DNA of 64,000 nt from an uncultured Actinomycetes bacterium. Lineage in GTDB: Bacteria; Actinomycetota; Thermoleophilia; RBG-16-64-13. The stretch is taken from NCBI GenBank assembly GCA_963706025.1, contig CAVPLM010000005.1, forward strand, positions 256,001 through 320,000, given 5' to 3'. The notes under the pieces are model-generated. The model made no database searches. It was not told the origin of the DNA and saw only the letters and a list, made by a program, of their open reading frames with translations. Positions within the stretch are counted from its first letter, which is position 1. Every line of letters starts with the position of its first letter. The translations under genes and the position numbers were made by a program. Positions 31,003-38,977 of the stretch are shown in pieces.

Positions 31003-31660
31003 TCAATACTGGCGTAGGTTGCGCGGTTGCACCACCGAGCGCAATTGGTGGGCAATCGGCGCCTGGTCGGTGCGTATGTCGATCCGCAGGTCTATGGTCA
31101 CCTGACGAATGATCGTGGGGTCGGTCACCGGTGTGGAGAGGGTGCTCCCGTTCGCGCTGGTATAGGTGAACAGGGGTTTGGAGCCGTCATTGCTCACCCA
31201 GTTCCCCACGAGTCGCACTGAATGGGCGGTGGCAAAGGTTGCGTCACCGGTCTGGCTGTCGTCTCGATAGAGCGTGCGGGTGCCGGTGTCCACTCGGAAA
31301 CGCACCAACTCCAAGTCGTGAGCGGAGTCCCGGTCGGTGTCGGTCCAGCACACCAGGCTGTTGGCGTCGGCAGCGACGATGACCATGTTCAATTCTTCCG
31401 AAGGAGCGGGATCGGGCTGGCGAGCGGTTCGAATGTATTCGACCATTTCGTTCAGTGCGCGTGCGGGCCTGCTCCTGTGCGGTCATGTCGTCGTTCGTGA
31501 AACTGTACGAGCGTTGCAGCCCGAACCAGATGCCGTAGATGCCTGCGAGGATGACCAGCATGAGCACCATGGCCACCAGCAGTTCGACCAGGGAGAACCC
31601 GCGCTCCCCGCGGAGGCGCCGCCCCAGAAGCTTCGCTACTCTGTTGATGGGGGTCATCAC
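31003..31660 (-). CDS. PilW/GspJ-like minor pilin (set A), 1-nt frameshift near 31459
   Basis: GERG|FSLVELLVAM class III signal; removing one base joins ..QEQARTALNEMVEYIR.. to a C-terminus ending VQPRNL. Confidence 0.78.
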
Positions 31661-31668
31661 TGTGGCGC

Positions 31669-33198
31669 CTAGAAGATGGTGAGAACGATCTGGCCGGCCT
31701 GCGCCGGAAGCGAGAACGACTGCGTGATGGTAGGTTTCTTGTTGGCGGTGGCCGTGATCAAGTAGTTGCCCGGGGTAAGGCCGGTGATCGTCTCGGTGTC
31801 ACCCTTCTTGACCGTTCCCGAGAAGACCGTGTTGCCGGCGCCGTTCTTGATGGTGACGTTGTAGTGCGCATTCGAGACGTTCCGGATCTGCACCGAGTAG
31901 ACCGCCAAGGTGGTGGTGGTCGACGAGGTGGAGGTCGTGGTGGTCGGCGCAGTGGTTGTCGTCGTCGGCAAGGTGGTGGTCGTCACTAACGGCGGCAGCG
32001 CCGTCTCAGCTTCGGCCGCCGGTCCCACCAGTCCCGGGTCGCAGGAGTCGACGGCCCAAAGGCGATATTGATAGCTGTTCGGTGTCACACCACTGCCCCA
32101 CGGATCCAGCTCGGCCCCAACGTTACCTTGGTCGGTGTAACTGGTCGCCTTGGGGTCGAGGGCGGATGCCAGAGGGGTCCATCCTGACCAGCCTCCCCCG
32201 TCCCACTTGCCGCGTTCGAGCACGTAGTAGGCGCGGTCCCGTTCCGGACCGCCGGCCCAGGTGAGCACCACCGTCTGATTGTCGGCCTGGGGAGTCGCCA
32301 CGAAGTCGGTGGGCGCCGTGGGCGCGCCCTTCTCGACGCGCGCTCGGAGCCGCCAGACGTTGCCGGGCTCGTCGTACTCGTTGTACGCCACGGCCCGCAT
32401 CTCCCAGTAACCGTCTGGGATGGACCAGGCGTCGAAGTCGTACTCGAACCAGACGTCGTCGACCTTGCCATCGGCATCCGTGGAGTAGCGCAGGTAGGTA
32501 TTGGTGATCTTGAAATCGTCATCCGGGTCGCCCAGTGGCACCGATTGGCCGTCCTCGTCGAAGAAGACCAGGCGCGTGTACACATCGCGGGCCGCCATGC
32601 CTACCTGGTCGAGATTGCGATAGACCAGTCCCCAGTCTGCTTGGGCGATATGACAGCGGGCCTTGGTCGTGCTGCCTATGAGGGGGAACGGACTGTCCAA
32701 GGGGTCGGATGAGGTCGGCTCGATCTCCAGCAGCGCTATGCGCGGCCCCAGGAACTGCTGGTGAATGAGGGTGGTGATCGCGGCGGCTGATACTCTGGGC
32801 GGCTCGATCCAGCCCACGTTCACGGTCACTTTCTTGAGCGTGCCTTCTTCATAAGCGGACTCCTCCACCACATATGTGATGTCGAAGTTCAGATCGCGCT
32901 GGGCCGCCGACGAGCCAAAACGCTCTGTAAGTGACGGCAAGCCCTTGTCTATCGCCTCTTGCTCTTCGATCTCACGGTAGTCGAGTTGCCTGATTTGCTC
33001 CATGCGCTCACGGGCCACGTTGGTGGCGATGCTCTTGTAGCGCACGGTTGAGGCCTGGCTCAGACCACCGAGGAAGAACGGCACTATGCCGGCCATGGCG
33101 AACAACAGCAACAAAACGGCCACCATGATCTCGATGAGCGTGAAACCCTGGGCGGCCAGATGACTCTTGAACCTGTTTCGTATGCCTCTGATCGACAT
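31669..33198 (-). CDS. Large PilV-like minor pilin (set A) with FN3 domain, Thr-rich linker and C-terminal beta-sandwich; putative adhesin
   Basis: AAQG|FTLIEIMVAV; KKVTVNVGW; APTAPTDF..VVLTW..YYVLER..YTD..YQYRLWAVD (FN3-like); TTTTLPTTTTTAPTTTT. Confidence 0.8.
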   Translation of the reverse strand: MSIRGIRNRFKSHLAAQGFTLIEIMVAVLLLLFAMAGIVPFFLGGLSQASTVRYKSIATNVARERMEQIRQLDYREIEEQEAIDKGLPSLTERFGSSAAQRDLNFDITYVVEESAYEEGTLKKVTVNVGWIEPPRVSAAAITTLIHQQFLGPRIALLEIEPTSSDPLDSPFPLIGSTTKARCHIAQADWGLVYRNLDQVGMAARDVYTRLVFFDEDGQSVPLGDPDDDFKITNTYLRYSTDADGKVDDVWFEYDFDAWSIPDGYWEMRAVAYNEYDEPGNVWRLRARVEKGAPTAPTDFVATPQADNQTVVLTWAGGPERDRAYYVLERGKWDGGGWSGWTPLASALDPKATSYTDQGNVGAELDPWGSGVTPNSYQYRLWAVDSCDPGLVGPAAEAETALPPLVTTTTLPTTTTTAPTTTTSTSSTTTTLAVYSVQIRNVSNAHYNVTIKNGAGNTVFSGTVKKGDTETITGLTPGNYLITATANKKPTITQSFSLPAQAGQIVLTIF

Positions 33199-33296
33199 CG
33201 CCTTTCTGCTCCTCTCGCGATCCCGGGAGACCGACCGGCGGGTGGTGACCGTTGACGGGGACGTCAAAGCGGCCGGTTTCCCGCTCTTGACCCAGG

Positions 33297-33324
33297 ATAT
33301 CGGCACACAGAGTGCAATTCTTTA
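33297..33324 (-). promoter_or_regulatory. Sigma-28 family (FliA/SigD/WhiG) promoter for the leftward pilin operon
   Basis: Minus strand TAAA-N16-GCCGATAT, ~100 nt upstream of ATG 33198. Confidence 0.8.
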
Positions 33325-33466
33325 GCGTTTCGAAGAACCTCGCGCACCTCGCGCATATAGAGTGAGCGGCCGCTCTGGCGGCCTTGGACGGTCGGTGGGT
33401 CTGTCGCCTCTGCGCTACCCATGAGAAAACAGCGCCACTCTCGGTCAAAAGTCGTAGCCTCATAGC

Positions 33467-33493
33467 TAAAGTCCTGCGCCAAAGTGCCGATAT
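33467..33493 (+). promoter_or_regulatory. Sigma-28 family promoter for pilA and the rightward operon
   Basis: TAAA (33467-33470)-N15-GCCGATAT (33486-33493), ~105 nt upstream of ATG 33600. Confidence 0.85.
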
Positions 33494-33599
33494 CAGGAGC
33501 ACGCATTCTTATGGGTGTGCCGGACCGCGACAACCCGTCCGGTCCGCAAATCGCAAAGGGCCCGCAAAGCAGCAACAACAGCAGAAGGAGGAACAGGTA

Positions 33600-34079
33600 A
33601 TGCTCAGTCTGATCCGCAAAAGGATGAGGGGGGAAAAGGGCTTCACCCTCATCGAACTCCTGGTGGTGATCATCATCATCGCCATCCTGGCCGCGATCGC
33701 GATCCCGACCTTCCTCGGCCAGCGCCAGAAGGCTCAGGACGCAGCCGCCAAGTCCCTGGTCCGCAATGGTATGATGGCTGTCGAGTCCGCCTATGCCGAC
33801 ACGCGTGACTTCACACTTGTTACCGCCGCCATGCTGACCGCCATCGAACCGTCGATCGTGTTCACAATTGCGGCTGCGGCAGCCACAGCCCCGACCGCTC
33901 TCGCCTCGGCGAACGGGGTCAATGTCGACAACGGGATAGCCGCGGCTGCTTACGGGGTTGGCACTGTTTCGCAGTCCGCCAAGACCTTCGGCGTCGCAGT
34001 CAACAAGAGCGCAGCGGTGATCGCTGGCCTCAATCCCGGCAATACCTTTTACATCAATGGTGCCGCGGCAACCTGGTAG
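33600..34079 (+). CDS. pilA: Type IV major pilin
   Basis: RBS AAGGAGG; RMRGEKG|FTLIELLVVIIIIAILAAIAIP; first gene after promoter and followed by a strong hairpin. Confidence 0.9.
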   Translation: MLSLIRKRMRGEKGFTLIELLVVIIIIAILAAIAIPTFLGQRQKAQDAAAKSLVRNGMMAVESAYADTRDFTLVTAAMLTAIEPSIVFTIAAAAATAPTALASANGVNVDNGIAAAAYGVGTVSQSAKTFGVAVNKSAAVIAGLNPGNTFYINGAAATW

Positions 34080-34135
34080 ACGATCAGAGCCACAACCCCG
34101 CTACACACGAGCGGGCTGAAAGCGAACTGAAGGAC

Positions 34136-34175
34136 GAAGAAGGGCGGCGGCCGGCGGAGGCCGTCGCCCTTCTTC
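34136..34175 (+). terminator. Terminator/stabilising hairpin after major pilin
   Basis: GAAGAAGGGCGGCGGCC-loop-GGCCGTCGCCCTTCTTC 17-bp stem. Confidence 0.75.
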
Positions 34176-34244
34176 TAATCCGGAGAAGAAGCGCCGCCGA
34201 TCCAGAGTGGCGAGCAGAAACGTCAGCGTGAGAAAGGTCAACGA

Positions 34245-34886
34245 ATGAGGTTCAGTCACGGCAACGGGCTTCGTGAGGGTCAGGGGAGGGCTCGGCTGAG
34301 GGTCGCAGGCGTCCCGCTCGTTTCCGTGGCACTGATTGCTCTTTGTCTCGCGGTGCTGGGATGCGGCAATCTCCTGGCGAATGCGCGGGAGTCTGAGGAG
34401 CGAGGTGACCTTAATGGCGCGGTCGCGGGCTATCTGGCGGCGCTGGAGACGGACCCTGACAATCTCGATGCCCTTTCGGGCGCGGCCGTGTGTCTGCTAA
34501 TGCTCCAGCGGCACGATGAGGCTCTCCTCGTGCAGGAACGTCTGGTGGCTCTGGATACCGGAGACGTGCAGACCCGTGTCGAGCTGGGCTTCAATTACCT
34601 CAACCATCAAGATCGGCCGGGCGACGCGGCTCGAGTATTGCGCGAGGCGACGGTGCTGGAGCCCAGCGCCAAGAACCTCACATTTCTCGCCCAAGCCCAG
34701 ATGATCTCAGGCGACAGGGGAGGGGCCGAGCAGACCCTACTACAGGCCATTGACGTAGACCCTCGATACCCCCATGCATACACGACTTTGGTGAGGCTGC
34801 TTGAAGCCGCTGGTCGCGGAAGCGAGGCGGGACAGGTGAAGGCGCAGGCTCTTCAGCAAGGGATCACGATCGCAGAGTCGTCGTGA
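34245..34886 (+). CDS. TPR-repeat protein, probable lipoprotein
   Basis: Hydrophobic segment ending LAVLG|C; repeated AL..DP..A TPR helices. Confidence 0.78.
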   Translation: MRFSHGNGLREGQGRARLRVAGVPLVSVALIALCLAVLGCGNLLANARESEERGDLNGAVAGYLAALETDPDNLDALSGAAVCLLMLQRHDEALLVQERLVALDTGDVQTRVELGFNYLNHQDRPGDAARVLREATVLEPSAKNLTFLAQAQMISGDRGGAEQTLLQAIDVDPRYPHAYTTLVRLLEAAGRGSEAGQVKAQALQQGITIAESS

Positions 34887-34926
34887 TTGAGGTGACGAGG
34901 ACCAGAGCGAAAAGGAGTGGTCTGGC

Positions 34927-35427
34927 ATGAGCAAGCGGATGACAAGAAGCGCAGGGAGCGCCGCCGGCTTCACTCTCATCGAACTGCTGGTCGTCATCAT
35001 TATCATAGTCGTCTTGGCCAGCATAGCCATCCCGACGTTCCTTGGACAGCGGGAGAAGGCGCAGGATACGGCTGCCTATACGCTCGTGCGCAACGCTCTC
35101 ACAGCCATGCAGACGGCTTTCGTGGATACCGGCGGTTACACGGGGATCAACGCCGCGATGCTCCAGTCTCTGGACACGAGCTTTGTCTGGATTGACAACG
35201 GCGGGGTTCTCGTGAGCACCAGCCCCCCGGGAATCACTCCAGCGGTCGTTGCCGACGCTGCAAGCAATGAAGTCGCTTTCGCCGTCGAGTCCGATACGGT
35301 TGTCGACCTGGCCAGCCGAAGCAGCAGTGGCAACTGGTTCGGCATCCAGATCGATGTCGTTGATCTCACTGAGACCGGTTACGTCAAGGTCAAGGTCATC
35401 GACGGGAGCGCCGGAATCGGCTGGTAG
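34927..35427 (+). CDS. Second PilA-like pilin (paralog of 33600 gene)
   Basis: AAG|FTLIELLVVIIIIVVLASIAIPTFLGQREKAQD..LVRNA, close to PilA N-terminus; RBS AAGGAG. Confidence 0.88.
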   Translation: MSKRMTRSAGSAAGFTLIELLVVIIIIVVLASIAIPTFLGQREKAQDTAAYTLVRNALTAMQTAFVDTGGYTGINAAMLQSLDTSFVWIDNGGVLVSTSPPGITPAVVADAASNEVAFAVESDTVVDLASRSSSGNWFGIQIDVVDLTETGYVKVKVIDGSAGIGW

Positions 35428-35540
35428 TGAGACAGCTCGCAGGGGCCGGGTCACGGTTCCGACGAACGCACGCGGACCCGCGCCAACCTCATACCAAGGT
35501 CCGTCTTCCCTGAATCCCTCCCTCCGGTAGCCTCCCCGCT

Positions 35541-36023
35541 ATGGGAAGGCGAATCCACATCTTCAGATCGGGCGGCTACAGCCTGATCGAGCTGCTTCTC
35601 GTCGTTGCAGTGCTCGGCAGCTGTCTCGTGGCCGGTTCGCTGTCGCTCACTCACGGGCTGCGCATGCAAGAAGCGAGGGGAGCGGCGCAGAGTTGGCAGG
35701 CCGCGGCCACGTGGGCCCAGATCGGGGTGCTCTGGCACGGGGGAGCCACTGACGTCAAGTATGCTACTGGACTCCTGGCCCTCTCCCATGACCCGGGACA
35801 ATGCGGCGGCGACTTGGGTCCATCGGCGCCCGCGGTCCCGGTCCGCACCAACCTCGCCCGGTGGCGCGAAAGCGAAGGCGTGAAGGTATCGTTCACGGGG
35901 GCTTTCGCGTCGCCGGATGGGGGCGGGTCGCTGTTCTTCGACACGTGGCGGGGGAGCTACCGTGTGGTCGTCCGCCCGGAGAGCGGTCTTACCACCAGGA
36001 CCCGGGTCGAGGTAGGACCGTGA
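35541..36023 (+). CDS. FimT/GspH-like minor pilin (set B)
   Basis: RSGG|YSLIELLLVVAVL; C-term VSF..G..GGS....RVVV..SG. Confidence 0.72.
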   Translation: MGRRIHIFRSGGYSLIELLLVVAVLGSCLVAGSLSLTHGLRMQEARGAAQSWQAAATWAQIGVLWHGGATDVKYATGLLALSHDPGQCGGDLGPSAPAVPVRTNLARWRESEGVKVSFTGAFASPDGGGSLFFDTWRGSYRVVVRPESGLTTRTRVEVGP

Positions 36024-36736
36024 GAGGGCTCGCGCGAACGAAGACGCTTCGTCCAAGCGACGGCCTGGTACTGATCGAGGTACTGATCGCCATGGTGCTG
36101 CTGGGCTTACTGGTCGTGCCGCTCGTCTCCGGGGTCCAATCGGCCACGGGAAGAGCAGACGCCGTTCGCAGCCAGGCCGCCCAGGTCCGTAATCCGCCCC
36201 AGACCGCCGATAGTGGCGATGCCTGGGAATGGGGAACGACTGTATTGTCGACTTGGTGGCAGCCGGGACCGATCCTCACCGTACAGACGGTGGAGACTGC
36301 CGGCGAAGAACAGATCGCCGGCCTCTGGGTCGATGGCTGGTTTCTTGGCGAACATGAACCGGAGGGCGACGGCACAGTCCGCGTGGAGGCGCCCGTCTGG
36401 TACGGCCACATCGGTGATGAGCTTGTGGTCCGGGTGCGCGCGGCGGCAGGGACCTGGGGGCCACCCTGGCGGCTGGTCGTACCGGCCGCCGACGGCGGGT
36501 CCACGTCTGCGGTCTTGGTGGGCGATGGCGTCGGCGGTGATACGGTCGCGCATGTGCCGGCGCTGGCCAACCCCGCTCTTCAGGTGCCATGGGCAGACAC
36601 TGCCGTCGAGGCGAGTCCTCCAGGTCTACCTTTTCTCTTTCCTTGTCCCGGTACCGGCACGTGCGTGGTCGACCTGGACGGTCGGGAGCAACTCTGGAAG
36701 ACGGAGGCGGGCCGTGGTCTCGACATCTACTTCTGA
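36020..36736 (+). CDS. PilV-like minor pilin (set B)
   Basis: GTG overlapping previous stop; SDG|LVLIEVLIAMVLLGLL. Confidence 0.7.
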   Translation: MRGLARTKTLRPSDGLVLIEVLIAMVLLGLLVVPLVSGVQSATGRADAVRSQAAQVRNPPQTADSGDAWEWGTTVLSTWWQPGPILTVQTVETAGEEQIAGLWVDGWFLGEHEPEGDGTVRVEAPVWYGHIGDELVVRVRAAAGTWGPPWRLVVPAADGGSTSAVLVGDGVGGDTVAHVPALANPALQVPWADTAVEASPPGLPFLFPCPGTGTCVVDLDGREQLWKTEAGRGLDIYF

Positions 36737-37346
36737 GAGACCGGCCTCGAGGAGGTCGACCAGCAGCGGCGAGCCGGGGTTCACTTTGATCGAGCTCGTA
36801 TGCGGGTTGACGCTCGCGGTGATCCTGGCCTTGGCGGTCGCTCCGCTGTGGGTGTCCCTCCAGACCGGGAGCGCCCGTGAAAGCGACCAGACGGTGCGTC
36901 TGATGCAGGAGAGGGTAGCGGTGAGCCGTTTCGAACGAGACCTCAGGCTTGCCAGCGCAGCTGGTTGCCCGTTCGATCTGAGCGCTCCGATCGTGGAGGC
37001 CAAGCGCTCCCGGGTGGTGCTCGTGACGCAGGCGAGGAGTGGCTCTGCCCCGATCGTGATCGAATGGGAAATCGTCAACGGCTCACTCATGCGGCGATGG
37101 GGAGACTGTCCGCCGACACGGTCGGTCGCACTGGCCGGCGCGGCCTATCGCGACAACAAGACTATGCTCGAAGGCGTACAGAGTGGAAGCTTGTTCACCT
37201 ATATCGTCGGCGGCGTCGTGGCGGCCGCGCCCGCCACCGATGCCGAACTGGCTTCCATCGAGGGAGTGGTCCTCGACCTGCGGGCCAAGAGCGAAGGGGC
37301 CCGGTCCTCCGTCCGTACGGTATCGACAGCTCGCGTGGGCCGATGA
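36714..37346 (+). CDS. PilW-like minor pilin (set B)
   Basis: RBS GGAGG; EPG|FTLIELVCGLTL; FERDLRLA typical of PilW/GspJ. Confidence 0.75.
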   Translation: MVSTSTSERPASRRSTSSGEPGFTLIELVCGLTLAVILALAVAPLWVSLQTGSARESDQTVRLMQERVAVSRFERDLRLASAAGCPFDLSAPIVEAKRSRVVLVTQARSGSAPIVIEWEIVNGSLMRRWGDCPPTRSVALAGAAYRDNKTMLEGVQSGSLFTYIVGGVVAAAPATDAELASIEGVVLDLRAKSEGARSSVRTVSTARVGR

Positions 37347-38479
37347 AGGTCCGATACCAGCATAGGCCCCGCGCGCTTGGCCGCCAGACACGGGGGCCTG
37401 ACAACCGCGGTCTGGGGCCTGACCGCCGGAGCCTGGCGCCTGACCGCGAGGCGGCGGCGCTTGGACGCCAGGCCGGATCGGTACTAATACTGGTCCTGTT
37501 CGCGTGTCTGGCGGTGGCCGTATCGATCCAGGCCTTGTCGACCGTGATCCTCTGCGCGCAGGGGGCCGTGGTGGACGAATCTGCCGGGCGCGGACTCCTG
37601 GCCGAGAGAGATGCGGCCCTGGCGGTGTTGCGCCAGCGAGCGCTGGCGAGCTGGGAGTCGATACCCCGGACGGTCGTGAGAGCCGAGCCTAACGCGGTGG
37701 AGGGCAGTGTCTCCCAGCTGCCGGGCGGCGGAGACTGGGTGCTGGACGCGACGGTCCGGCATGCTCCTGAGGTGTCTCGCTTGGTGACCTCAGGCTGGCT
37801 CGAGAAAGGCCGGGATGGCCTCGATCTACCCCTGGCTGCTCTGGTGGCGGGGGCCCTCGCGGTCGCTGCCGGTCGGGAGTCGCCCTGGCTGGAGCTCGAG
37901 ACAAGCGGGATGTCCGGCGCCTCCGGAGCGGGGACCGATGTGGCCGCCGAAGGATATGTGCGGGTCCTCCCGTCGGAGCCTCTGCTCGGAGAAGGATGTT
38001 CGCTGGTCGGGCTCGAGGATCCATGGCGGCTGGACCCTGGGTGGCGGCGCCTGGGCGCGGAAACGGTGATCCATGACGATACGGGCTCGAGCGAGGATCC
38101 TGCGGTCCTCGGCGAAGCAGGAAGCGTCGCCGCTGGGTCGGGGGTGACGGTGATCACAGGCAGGACAGGGCAGACGGCGTTCTTGCCCGCCGACTGCGGC
38201 GGTCAGGCGCCTGGTTCCCCCTGCCTGATACTCGTGACGGGTGGCATGACTCTCGACGCGCGAACGAGAGGCGACCTGTACGGTGTCATCGTGGTCGATG
38301 ACGGTGACGTGCTGCTTCAGGACACCACCGTGCACGGCGCGGTGTTCGCGACCGGGACCATCGACATGGGTGAAACCGGACGTCTGCTCTTCTCCCGTTC
38401 CATCCTTCGTTGGGCCACCGATCGTTCATTGAACCGGGTGCGCCTTGTGCCGGGCACGCGCGAGGAGGGCATGGAATAG
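37343..38479 (+). CDS. PilX-like minor pilin (set B)
   Basis: RQAG|SVLILVLF without Glu5; C-term LYGVIVVDDG..VHGAVFATG resembles the set A PilX-like C-terminus. Confidence 0.72.
   Translation: MKVRYQHRPRALGRQTRGPDNRGLGPDRRSLAPDREAAALGRQAGSVLILVLFACLAVAVSIQALSTVILCAQGAVVDESAGRGLLAERDAALAVLRQRALASWESIPRTVVRAEPNAVEGSVSQLPGGGDWVLDATVRHAPEVSRLVTSGWLEKGRDGLDLPLAALVAGALAVAAGRESPWLELETSGMSGASGAGTDVAAEGYVRVLPSEPLLGEGCSLVGLEDPWRLDPGWRRLGAETVIHDDTGSSEDPAVLGEAGSVAAGSGVTVITGRTGQTAFLPADCGGQAPGSPCLILVTGGMTLDARTRGDLYGVIVVDDGDVLLQDTTVHGAVFATGTIDMGETGRLLFSRSILRWATDRSLNRVRLVPGTREEGME
37373..37477 (+). repeat. Five degenerate 21-bp tandem units in prepilin leader
   Basis: GCGCTTGGCCGCCAGACACGG / GGGCCTGACAACCGCGGTCTG / GGGCCTGACCGCCGGAGCCTG / GCGCCTGACCGCGAGGCGGCG / GCGCTTGGACGCCAGGCCGGA. 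Confidence 0.6.
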
Positions 38480-38503
38480 GCGGCGGACGGTATACTCATC
38501 AAC

Positions 38504-38965
38504 ATGGAGAGCACGAACAACCGGTCGAACGAAGCCGCGGTGTGGAGGATCCGGCGCCGGCGTCTGCGGCTGGAATGCCGGGAGTGCGAGGTCATCTGCG
38601 AACGGGTGGTCTCGCCCTGGCGCTGCCTGAAGTCCAAATGCGCGTTCATCTATTCCTACGAGGATGGCGAGACCACCTACTTCGGCTGCCTGCACAAGGT
38701 GTTCTCGCCGGAGCTCGACCTCGCTGCGTTCGTGGACGGCAAGGGGCGCCCCGGACAGGGGAACGACCCCTATGGGCTGATACGGGTCAGTCGCGCCCCT
38801 CGGCCACATTGCCGTGTGGCGATAGAGCAGGCATACAGCTCCCCCTCTGTCGGCGGAAACTGCTGCAATCCGACGTTCTTTCAGCATCCGGCCGCTCCTT
38901 TGGACGACACGATCCGTCTCACAACCAAGTTCTCCTCTGATCGCAGACCCGATTCCCGGGACTGA
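38504..38965 (+). CDS. Cys-rich hypothetical protein (9 Cys)
   Basis: CxxCxxxC, CxxxxC and CC; fills the gap before rnz with typical codon bias. Confidence 0.7.
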   Translation: MESTNNRSNEAAVWRIRRRRLRLECRECEVICERVVSPWRCLKSKCAFIYSYEDGETTYFGCLHKVFSPELDLAAFVDGKGRPGQGNDPYGLIRVSRAPRPHCRVAIEQAYSSPSVGGNCCNPTFFQHPAAPLDDTIRLTTKFSSDRRPDSRD

Positions 38966-38977
38966 CGGGAGCACCCC

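Noticed and set aside
33540-33580. GCAAA repeats in the pilA leader resembling a c-di-GMP-I riboswitch
   Set aside because: The GNRA-capped P2 stem does not pair and the P3/receptor stem is missing.
33600-34079. PilA as a conductive e-pilin
   Set aside because: Only 10 aromatic residues in ~145 mature residues with long aromatic-free gaps; full-length head domain.
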